From NCBI RefSeq assembly GCF_964188315.1, contig NC_135656.1, positions 121,396,001 through 121,460,000 on the forward strand: a stretch of 64,000 nucleotides of DNA, read 5' to 3'. Source of the stretch: Podarcis muralis. Taxonomy: Eukaryota. Within the stretch, counting starts at the first letter, position 1. Every line of letters starts with the position of its first letter. Made by a program: the position numbers and the translations under genes. The notes under the pieces were generated by a model, which saw only the letters and a list, made by a program, of their open reading frames with translations, made no database searches and was not told the origin of the DNA. Below are positions 10,901-21,600 of the stretch, in pieces.

Positions 10901-13900
10901 ACATCTGGTGGAGTTTGCCCTCCCACCAGATGTCAAGGAAATAAACAACTATCTGACTTTTAGAAGACTTCAAGGAAGTTTTTAATGTTTTATTGTGTTC
11001 TCAGTATTCTGTTGGGAGCCGCCCAGAGTGGCTGGGGAAGCCCAGCCAGATGGTTGGGGTATAAATATTATTATTATTATTAGGTTTAAAACAAGTATTA
11101 TATTGTCTTTTGTACTAATCTTGTTCTGCAAAGCTCCTTGTTATTTTATATGAAAGGTGCTCTATAAATGCTATAATCAATTTAAGAAAAGATTGCATGA
11201 ATAGGACTTATGCTCTAGATGAGAGGCAAACTGGCCCCAATTTATAAGAGCTTGAAGTGAGTGGATCTGTGGGATAACCAGCCTCATATAACCAACATGC
11301 TTAAGTCTAATTAATGCATGAAGGGGTTAATACCCCATAGTAAGTGGTCCTGCCACCTTGGGAGGAAATAGGTAATCAAGCCTATTGTTCACATACACCC
11401 TCCACTTGGGAAGCTCAGTGTGTGAAGAGGTTTGAGCTGGTTACTTCAATGGAACTGCAAGCCAATGATTTAGGAACTTACACCACTTTGTAAGTAAGCT
11501 ATGTTTTACTTCCTGTGCAAATTTCTGAAGCACATGAATCTGACCTTTGGGGAATTTGTAAGTAAACAATTTTTAAACTTACCAAACATGTGGTATTTTC
11601 CTATGCTGTGGGATGAAGGGAACTTTGGAAAGATACTTTTAAAGGGGACATTTTGGAGGAACATATTTTAAAGGTTTTACAGCCTATATTTCCATGCTTT
11701 ACTTTGCTGCATGTTTTGTGATTTCAAATCTCTGCTGGAGTTCTCTCACCAAACCACACTTGCCTCCAGGATTTTTCCTCTCTGTATCTTTTTCTGTCCA
11801 CCAACATATTCCACATTGTCTCGTTGTTCCTTAATGCTGGTATTTTCCTTGCCATTTCAGCTCTACCATTTCTTAAAAGAAATCCAGTGTTTGAATACTT
11901 CCATGGGCAGACTGTGTTTGGATGAGAACTGGGAGCTGCCACCTGACTTCGATATTGTGAACTGGCTGATGCTTCCCAATAACTCTCATACTAGAGTGAA
12001 AATTGGGAATATAAGGGGAGTGGCATCAACCAACATGAAGTTCACCATTGACTCAAAAGACATTGAGTGGCCCAACCAATTTAAGAAGGTAGGGGATGTA
12101 AAGGAGCAGGGAGGCTAGGAGAGCCTGGTTACACTCTTCCTTGAGCAAGGGCTGCAAAACGGTATTATAAGGTGGATCCAGTGTGCCAGTGTGGTGTAGT
12201 GGTTAAGAGCGGTAGTCTCGTAATCTGGTGAACTGGGTTCGATTCCCCGCTCCTCCACATGCAGCTGCTGGGTGACCTTGGGCCAGTCACACTTCTTTGA
12301 AGTCTCTCAGCCCCACTCAACTCACAGAGTGTTTGTTGTGGGGGAAGGGAAAGGAGAATGTTAGCCGCTTTGAGACTCCTTAAAGGGAGTGAAAGGCGGG
12401 ATATCAAATCCAAACTCTTCTTCTTCTCTTCTTCATCCATTGTGTCTCAGCTATCCAGTAACAGCTGCCACAACAACTCCCTCTTGCCACGGCAGCTGAG
12501 ACAGGAAGGGAAATTGGCATTCTGAAGGAACAGAATAAGCCCTGGGATCCTGAGAAGAAACACCAGATCCTTCTCAATTTACTTCTGGAGTTGGCATCAC
12601 TCTGTCTCGGGAGACAATGGCACCTTCGGGGTGAAGTCAAACCATATATATACTAGGGCAGTTCACAGCATAAAAATTCTGTGGAGCTCTAATGATTTCT
12701 TGAATAATTTGCATATGACTATGTGAAGTGGAGAGCATCTTATATCTCCACATATTTTGGAACCCTGGAAATTCAGGGTTCACAGGAGGCCTTACTACAA
12801 CTCTAGGGGGCCCTGGGTACAATGCAACTTCCGGTAAAAACTGGAAGTTGCTTTGGAGGCCTCATGAGACTTCCAGCATGACCTCTGAGTTCCTGCAAGG
12901 CCTTGAAAGCACCGCTAAGGTGTGCCGACATAACGTGATGTCGTGAAATCACGATGTCACATCGTCATAACGTCACATTATGTCGTGGGCGCCATTGGGC
13001 ACCCATAAGCTGGGGCCCAAGTCGGCGCCCTTGCTACAATGTCTGGCCAAAGGTGCAAAAGTAATACAATAGATAAAATAAGTACATTTCTGTACGTTGT
13101 TCTATAGAAATAAATGTTATACTCCTGATACAAATGTGGTTATTTATAACTTAATACATTCTGTATATACTCATTCCAAATATCAATGTATTTGTCTTTG
13201 TTTTGACAAATACATTGATATTTGGAATGAGTATATACAGAATGTAGTCATGTAGTCAACACCTCTAAGTGATCCATTCATAAGGGGTGAGTGTCATCTT
13301 ACTGATCCGTTGATTAAAGGGTATCTTATCTTCATTCTTCCAGTTCATAAATATCGGTCTCTTGGCCAGTTAGGGCATGTAGAATCCATTTTCGTTGTCA
13401 GCTTCCATACAATAGGTGTATATAGTTCAAAAGGATATTCTCCGCACGCAAAGTCCTTTTAATAATAATCCAGGAATCATTTTTAAGCACAGTGGTACCT
13501 CAGGTTACATACGCTTCAGGTTACAGACGCTTCAGGTTACGGACTCTGCTAACCCAGAAACAGTACCTCGAGTTAAGAACTTTGCTTCAGGATGAGAACA
13601 GAAATCGTGCTCCGGCAGCACAGCGGCAGTGGGAGGCCCCAGTGTTTTCTTATTGCTATGATTAGAATCCTGGAATTGTGAAGTTGGGAGAGACCCTAAG
13701 GGTCTTCTGGTCCAACTACCTGCAATGCAGGGATCTCAACAAAATCATGTATGGGAGATGGCCATCCAGGTTCTGCTTGAAAACCTCCAATGGAGGAGAG
13801 AACACAATCTCTTGCAAGAGTCTTCCATGGTTAAACAGCTTTCACGGTCAGAAAGCTGTTTTGGTATAGTTTGTCCTCTTCCTTGAGTGTATTTTTGTAC

Positions 13901-15107
13901 AGAAGGCAGGCACATAAATGGGTTCAGTGGAAGTAGAGATCTTGTTGGGTCCTTCCCAAACCCTATGAATTCCATAGACACAGATGCTTCTAACACTTTC
14001 TCCTCGGTGCACCTTCTTCTCTGCATGACTAGACTGTGCCTCGCTCCAGGTGTACCAAAAGCTGCCGGCCCGGATACGCCAAGGTGGTTCAAGAAGGAGA
14101 GCCCATTTGCTGCTATGCTTGTGCTCCATGTGCAGAAGGGACCATCTCCACTCAGGAAGGTGGGTCATTCCAAGGGAGAGGGCGTTCCTTCGGAGAATAG
14201 AAATAGGGCAAAGAGTCACCCAGAAACACTATGTGCAGAGCAGTAATACATTTTTGAACATAGGTGTTTTATTGGCTTCTCTATTTTCAATCACCATCCT
14301 TTCTTCCAGGAATTAAGCTGAAAGTAAGGAAGCAATCATTGCAGAACAATGTGAGTAACAGGGAGACAGCTTAGTATACATGCAGCGGCGTAGCGTGGGT
14401 TGTCAGCACCCGGGGCAAGGCAAGTAATTTGCGCCCCCTAACCCCTAACCTGCCGCTGCTGCCAGCTTCTTCTTGCTGCTGCCTGGGCTGGGCTGGGGTA
14501 TTTACAGTAAGGTAGCCACGGTGGCGGGTCCATGTCAGGTGATCTGAGGCGAGTTGCCGCTGGTGCTGCCGCCCAAACGACGCCGCTTGCCCGGAGGAGG
14601 AGGGCAGAGAGGCGAGGAAAATGCAACATGGCCCAGCAGCTGCAGCAGCAGTGGCGGTGGCGGCGGGGCTGTGAGGAGGGGCTGCCTGGCGTGCCCTCTG
14701 CGGCCCTGACGTGCGGGGACCACGGCGAGCGCTGAGAGCCGCTGCCAGCTCGTTGGTTCCGCGAGACATGGGGCTCTGGTACAGCCTGTGCCTGAGGCTC
14801 TTCGGCGACTCCGGAGGCGGCGAGCGCGCCCCCCCCAGATGTTGCGCCCGGTGCAGCCGGCCCCCCCTGCACCCCCCACGCTACGCCACTGTATACATGT
14901 ATGCATGCGCAGAAGCCCCGAATCCCAACCCGTGCATGCGCAGACGCGCCACTGCGGGTTGCGAACGCTGCAGTTGCAAACGTGCATCCTGCATGGGTCA
15001 TGTTCGCAACCAGAGCGTCCACTGTACATAGTCTTTGACTATTTTCAGCTATGCTCTCAATGATCAAAGAAAGTGAATCACACCATAAAGGAAATTTATT
15101 TTTAAAG

Positions 15108-15148
<41 letters not shown>

Positions 15149-17004
15149 GTAAGTAAGTAATAGAAGACAAAAGGGGAATAATTTTTAAAAGGAAATATTT
15201 AAAACAGTAAAGCAGAAACACCAACACAAAATATATGATGCATCATATGAAAATATATGATGCATCATATTGTTTCCTGCTTGGCAGGGGGTTGGACTCG
15301 ATGGCCCTTGTGGTCTCTTCCAACTCTATGATTCTATGATTCTATGATTCTATGATTCTATGAAAACGATTACAAAACAAGCGATGGACAATTTTGATCT
15401 GACTACTAGGAGCACTGCACAGAAGAAAGAGGAAATCTTTTGCATTAGCTACCAAAGATATAACAAGAAATCATACAGAAAAGGTGAAATATGAGAAGGC
15501 AGTTAAACTTATAACAATCTTCTTCCAGTCCAGCTAACATAAAAATTACCTGAGATGTTGGATAAATTTATCATTTACACTGTTTTTAAAAACACAGTTG
15601 CAAATTGCTCATTAGACAAGTCTCTCTCAGCCTAACGTACCTCACAGGTTTGTTGTAAATATAAAAAGGGCAGGGGGATATTCATGTACACTACCTTGAG
15701 CCCTTTGGAGGAACGGTAGTGGATAAATGTAAACATAAATAATCAAATAATAATAAACTGTCACGGGTCAATGTAAAGAGGTGTGTCTTGCTTCTTAGGC
15801 AAAAAAAAATGTATGGTGAAGTTGCTGGACACACCTCTGTGGGGAAGTCACTCCATCAAAGCTTTGCCCTACATAACAAGGTTGTTTTGGCAATAAAAAC
15901 TGAGGAAAACCTGGTGCCCCACCACTTTCTCCTCAGAAGAAAGGCAGGATACAAATGTAAACTTTCAATAAGCAATCGAACAAGCATTTTTTTGCCACAC
16001 TTTCCCTATTCAGCTATCTTACTCCTTGACCTCCCCCACGTCAACATCTTTTTGAAAACCAAATAGTGCCCTGATGCTGAAGCCATCTTTTTTTCTCTTC
16101 CTTAGATGCAGAACATTGCACCAAATGTCCAGAAGATCAGCATCCAAGCAATAACAGAGATCAATGTGTCCCCAGGTTTATCACTTTCCTAGCTTATAAC
16201 GAACATTTGGGAATCATCTTAGTTTCCATTGCCCTTTCCTTATCTTTAACAACAGGCATTGTGTTAGTAATCTTCATTAAATACAAGGAGACTCCCATAG
16301 TGAAAGCCAACAACCGAGACCTCTCCTACATCCTCCTCCTCTCCCTTCTTCTTTCTTTTTTGTCCACCTTCCTGTTCATTGGGCAACCAAGGAAAGGGAC
16401 CTGCCTTCTCCAACAAACAGCCTTCAGCATCATCTTCTCAGTTGCTGTTTCTTCTGTTTTGGCAAAAACCATCACTGTGGTTCTGGCCTTCCTGGCCACA
16501 AAGCCAGGAAACAGGGTGAGGAGATGGCTAGGGAAAAGTCTCGCCAACTCCATTGTCATTTCCTGTTCCAGTATCCAAGTTGTCATCTGCACCATCTGGC
16601 TGTGCATGTCTCCACCATTCCCTGACTCTGACATGCACTCCCGGGCTGGAGAGATCATCCTGCAATGCAATGAAGGATCTGCTGCCATGTTTTATATTGC
16701 CCTGGGCTACATGGGCTTCCTGGCGGCCATCTGCTTCACGGTGGCTTTCCTAGCCAGGAAGCTCCCAGGGTCCTTCAATGAGGCCAAGCTGATCACCTTC
16801 AGCATGCTAGTCTTCTGCAGTGTTTGGGTGTCCTTTGTTCCCACCTACCTGAGCACCAAGGGGAAATACATGGTAGCCGTGCAGGTCTTCTCTATATTGG
16901 CCTCCAGTGCTGGGCTTCTGGGCTGCATCTTCATGCCAAAATGCTACATTATTTTGCTGAGGCCTGATCTGAATACAAAGCAGCATCTGACAAGAGAAAT
17001 TTAA
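6754..17004 (+). CDS. V2R gene B, complete six-exon vomeronasal type-2 receptor (861 aa)
   Basis: Exons 6754-6980, 7940-8231, 9868-10680, 11861-12088, 14033-14159, 16106-17004; all junctions GT-AG and phase compatible; total 2586 nt; signal peptide, Venus-flytrap domain, cysteine-rich domain ([11 protein letters not shown]), 7TM domain ([25 protein letters not shown]). Confidence 0.92.
7530..7733 (+). mobile_element. L2 3' fragment with (TTTA)n/(TTA)n tail
   Basis: GTCAGCCGCCCTGAGCCCAG...GGGGTATAAATAAA followed by microsatellite. Confidence 0.6.
7868..7899. repeat. (GAT)n microsatellite
   Basis: About 10 GAT units, ~40 bp upstream of the gene B exon 2 acceptor. Confidence 0.9.
10745..11070. 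mobile_element. Two L2 3' fragments in inverted (head-to-head) arrangement
   Basis: Left arm ~10745-10911 on minus, right arm 10917-~11070 on plus; both carry the CCATCTGGCTGGG...CCCAGCCACTCTGGGCGGCT terminus. Confidence 0.75.
12186..12430 (+). mobile_element. tRNA-derived SINE (Squam3/MIR-like)
   Basis: GTGGTGTAGTGGTTAAGAGC (A box), GGTTCGATTCC (B box), (CTT)n tail. Confidence 0.78.
13155..13246. repeat. Perfect inverted repeat, 42-bp arms, 8-nt loop
   Basis: 13155-13196 is the exact reverse complement of 13205-13246. Confidence 0.95.
13250..13488 (-). mobile_element. Degraded L1-like ORF2 C-terminal fragment
   Basis: Minus-strand [32 protein letters not shown] resembles the L1 ORF2 tail pattern (AARILIAKNWK...P...W). 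Confidence 0.45.
13490..13640. mobile_element. Tigger-like MITE, one end only
   Basis: Starts CAGTGGTACCTCAGGTTA; same family as 63551-63756. Confidence 0.7.
14383..14891. mobile_element. GC-rich hAT-type non-autonomous DNA transposon
   Basis: TIRs CAGCGGCGTAGCGTGGG / CCCCACGCTACGCCACTG; 8-bp TSD TATACATG at 14375-14382 and 14892-14899. Confidence 0.85.
15111..15146. repeat. (GT)n microsatellite
   Basis: Direct observation. Confidence 0.95.
15271..15362 (+). mobile_element. CR1 LINE 3' terminus
   Basis: TTCCTGCTTGGCAGGGGGTTGGACTCGATGGCCC...(ATTCTATG)n; matches the CR1 end at 59755-59819. Confidence 0.9.
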
Positions 17005-17884
17005 GATGACACCTAATGCTTGAAACATTCCAGGCTGACAATGGGTAGCACTGTGAGCATGTAGTCTTCAGATTATAGCTCCATATAGCTCTCTTTGCTT
17101 TGCATAAATTATGAATGATTAAAATGAATGTATTATAACTGCTTTGTCACTCCCTGATTCCCACTAGATACCTGATTGGCCACATTGGCTTTTATGCTGA
17201 TAATCCTCATTTGAGTCAGATTCACTCTATCCTTTTACAATGTATGACTCAGGGAAATTGTAGCAAAAGCTTTGTTCCAGCAGATTATGCTTTGGAATTT
17301 GACTTAGGCCCACTTTAGACGCCTTTCCGTGTGCTCTTTGGATGGGAGATGTTCACACACTCTTTAACCAACATGCCAGCTCTTGTTAATTGGGTGTGGA
17401 AATGGTTGAGCACATAGTACTATACTATTCATACTATGAAGACATTCGCTCCTTATATATTACACCCATCTGAACAAAATTCCTAGACAGATATGATTTT
17501 TATACCTCCCTCCTTTTGTCAAACTTCACCCACGAGTGGCTAAATTACATGCATCAAAATGGATAACTAGGAATTGAATGGCTATATCTCTTTACAACCA
17601 TACTAGCACTCAGTAATCTATTCTAACTATGAATTGAATGTGAATGTGTAACAATGCCCACATATATCCTTGTCTTTTGCTGTGATTTTAATTCCTTGTG
17701 GTCTTCTCCTGGCCTGAAAATTGCAAATTGTAAATCGTGTTGTAACTTAGTGGCTGATCTGTGATGGCAATAATAAAGATTGATCGATACTTGTATGCAA
17801 GAAAGGGTTTGTTATTCTGCAAATTATTGGTAGAACCCCATCTGCAATCCCAAGACTCAGGAGATATGATTCAGGAATTTAAGA

Positions 17885-18070
17885 GTAGGGCAAGGGTAGC
17901 TAATGCCACAGAAGACAGAATCAAGATTCAAGATGACCTTAACAAATTGGAGAACTAGGCCCAAACTAACAAAATTAATTTCAATAGGGACAAATGTAAG
18001 GTTACAAATATAAGATGGGGGGAAACCTGGCTTGCCAGGTGTATATGTAAAAAGGATCTAGAGGTCTTGG
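17885..18070 (+). mobile_element. Old CR1 ORF2 fragment
   Basis: EDRIKIQDDLNKLEN parallels [15 protein letters not shown] in the CR1 at ~59155-59200. Confidence 0.65.
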
Positions 18071-18632
18071 CTACTGTGGGAAGCAGAATACCAAATTAGA
18101 TGGACCTTTGGTATTCTCCATCAGAATATCCAGATTCCCACCATCAAAGTCCAGGCCAACTCCCCCCACCTTCAACTCATGTCAAATTTTGGATAAACAC
18201 CTGTGCTTTCTTGCAGATATGTTTTTCTCCACCTCTGCACCTGCCCCTCAAGCCAGTATATTACAGAAGTGAACCTTATTCCCCTTATCATTATGAAAAT
18301 CATAGTGATCTATCATCATTCTTGCCAAAGCTCAAGAGACATTTTGGGAAACTGTGTAAACATCAGAATCAAGATTGGTGTGATGTTACTTACTGCGCCT
18401 TGGTAATGTGGCACACAGAACATCTCCTGTGTCAGAGATACATTGAGTGAGAACTGGCAGAAGGGACATGGGAAATACTACGTGAAGTCCAATGGCTCTG
18501 AAGCCATAGCTGAACACCACCCATATTGGTGGTGCAGCTTTGGTCTTGCAAGACGTTTTGTCTTCTTCTGATTAGCTGGTTCAGGAGGTGAGAGGATCCA
18601 CTCACAAGACACATGTAGGAAGCAAAGCCAGA

Positions 18633-21600
18633 ATGAGATCCCTGCTGCTTCTGCTGCTACTTCTTCTGCTGATGCCCCATGGAGTCTTTGGAGACCTAAA
18701 GACAAAATGCCCCTTGAATCTGATCAGGGAAGAAAATGAAGCACACAATTATTACCGGCCAGGAGACTTCCTCATTAGTGGGATCATATCTCCAAAATAT
18801 TTCTCTGAACAGGATCCATACAACTTTTCCCAGCCTCCATTCGCCAGGTTTCGTGTGTAAGTAATTACCGTATGTCTAGGTGGGTGTTATGTTTCTCTGC
18901 CTCCAATGTTTCCTGTTTACCAAGGAAATAGCCTGGAAAGGGGAATCTGTAGCAATTGAGATATTGTTGTATTGTTGGGGGATAATATCTCATTATCCTT
19001 GGCCATGCTGCAAAGGCAGATTTAGGGGATCACACAACCAGTTTGGATGCCTCAACTGCTGGTCAGAATGGAGTGTGAGAGGTGGAGGGGCACAAAAATT
19101 TGGCGTTGCACGGGGTGCCACTGACATTTGAGACTCCAAGGTTGTCCACTGCATGCTGACTGGGGCAGATGGGAGTTGGAGTCAAAGAACAGCTGGTGTT
19201 CTAATATTCCCACCCGTTTTACTTTCTGGTTCCCTTGGTCGTCCCTGGTGAAGTGATCTATCTGTGCTGTGCTACCGTGATGCCTTTTGAAGGATGTAAT
19301 GCTAGAATGCAATTCAGCCTTATCACAGATCAAAATGACGCATTGAATGACAGCACTGGCAGGTGGGTGGTGGAGTGGCTGCTGCAGGCAAGTAGCTGCC
19401 AGGATTTGAATGTGGGAGGTCTTCCTTCCTAGCGCAGAAGGTTATTTTAAAATCCTGCTTAGCTAAATGAAAGCTTTCCGCCCCCCTCCTAACCCCCTTT
19501 CCTTTTGTATCATTAGATTGTAAGCGGGTGGACCAGGACAGGCAGAAGTATGAACGAGTCCTAAGTCCAATTGATTGAATAGCGCTTCCTGCCAAGTATA
19601 TGGATTTGGGGTTGCAGCCTTATTCCCCTTCTAGAGTATGGACAAAGTTCTCTATTTTAACAAAGTGGAACTTACAAAACAGCCCTTTGAAACAACAAAG
19701 ACTAAGGAATAAACTGCAGCCTTTGTGGAAATTTCAAAAAAAAAAGTTATTAATTTTCTTTTTTCAAGATTGTGTTCTTTTCCTCTTCTGCAAGGAAGCA
19801 TGAATTTCCCCATTTTTATTCTTAAGTGGTCCATGAGTTTTCACCTTACAAAAAGGATAAGTCCCTCTCACACTCTGCCACCAACATGAAGACAATTATT
19901 TTGGGGTCAGCAATTATGAGATTCATATTGCCTAAAAGGCCCCTTAGATGTGACTTTCCCCCCCCCCCATTAAATCCTGATAAGTAGTTTGACGGTTTTT
20001 AATTGCTTCAATTTTTGCAGTCCATCATCTAGGTTCCACTGGCACATCTTATCGTTCTTGTTCACCATCCAAGAGATAAACCACAATCCCCAGTTCTTAC
20101 CCAACATCACCCTGGGCTACAACCTCTATGAGAACTATTTTGATGCCAGGACCACTTCTGATGCCATGCTAGACCTGGTTGCAGGTGGGGAAAGCAACAT
20201 TCCCAACTATAAGTGCAGGAAATGGAATAACCTTCTGGCTGTTCTGGAGGCGGCCGACTCTACACTCTCAAAAGAGATTTCTGCCATGTCAGGCATCTAC
20301 AAAATCCCACAGGTATGAAGGGAATGGTAAGAAAGAGCATCAAAAAGTGAGAAAAGTATGGAAAAGTTCAGGGCTCTTTTCCCCCCTAAATCCAGCCTTC
20401 ACCAACCCGGTATCATCCAGATTTTGTGGACTACATCTCCAATTTGTCACAGCCAGCACAAATGTTGTTAGATATTAATCATTTCAGGTTAATAAATATC
20501 TGGTCTTTATCCTGGAAGCAAAACGAAACACTAATCTTTTCCTTTCCTTGCTAGGTCAGTTATGGGTTGGTTCCTCAAGTTCTTGATGATAAAACTCAGT
20601 TCCCTTTTCTGTACCGAATGGTCCCCAAAGAAGAAAGCCAATACTTGGGTATTATCCAGTTGCTCCTGCATTTCAGATGGACATGGATTGGCCTCTTAGC
20701 TCCAGAGAACGATGATGCAGAAAGATTTATCAGTGGCTTGATGCCTCTGATGATCAGCAATGGGATTTGCATTGCTCTATCAAAAATAATTCCAGAAAAG
20801 AATCCACATCTAATGTTCAGTTTGAATGAACCCTTTGTCCTATGGAGACAACTGGGTGTATTTGTTTACTATGAAAATACTCGCATGGGGTGGATCCCAA
20901 TCATGACACTACAAGCAGCACTTGGGGAACAAATTGGGCCAAAAGTCTGGATCACAATAGGTTTAAAAGACATCAATGTGTTTTTATCTTATCCTCCTTA
21001 TTTATTCCAGTACATCCATGGGTCTTTGTCCTTCATAATGAAGATGGGGGAAAGGACTAAGCGTGACTACTATAACCCATCTTCCTACATTCTTCATCAC
21101 TTCTGGCAGAAAGCGTTTCATTGTTCATATTCAAAACATGAGCTGGCCGTGAAAGGTTGGAGAAGATGCACAGAGAACAAGAAACTGGAGATGGTGCCTG
21201 AAGAGGAGCTGCAGAGAGCCCTGTCTCAAAACAGCTACATCAATTACTTCAATGTCCAAGCTGTGGCACATGCCTTAAATGCTGCATATTCAGCTAGATC
21301 AAAGTGGATGTTGGTGGCTGGTGGAGGAGACATATCGGAACATCAAAGGCTACAGCCATGGCAGGTATTTTCTCTCCCTTTCTGCAGACTGCAGTACATT
21401 GCCCCAAAATGTGACATCAAATTTACAAGTGAGACCCATTTCTGAGGCAAATCCAATTCGTGAGGCTCCTGATAGAGGTAAAAAATAATAATTGCTCATT
21501 ATGCTTATAATGGGAACTCTCTTCCCAGTGCAATGCTTCCTCCACCGTGCCCAAGTAAATTTATATTTATAATAATAATAATTTCTTATTTATACCTCAC

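Noticed and set aside
12186-12260. tRNA gene
   Set aside because: The A and B boxes belong to a SINE head that continues into a SINE body and tail.
14371-15067. Several overlapping 100-209 aa ORFs on both strands
   Set aside because: By-product of the GC-rich hAT element; no recognisable domain.
16326-16688. Minus-strand ORFs conserved between 16326-16688 and 26505-26867
   Set aside because: Antisense shadows of the conserved V2R 7TM exon.
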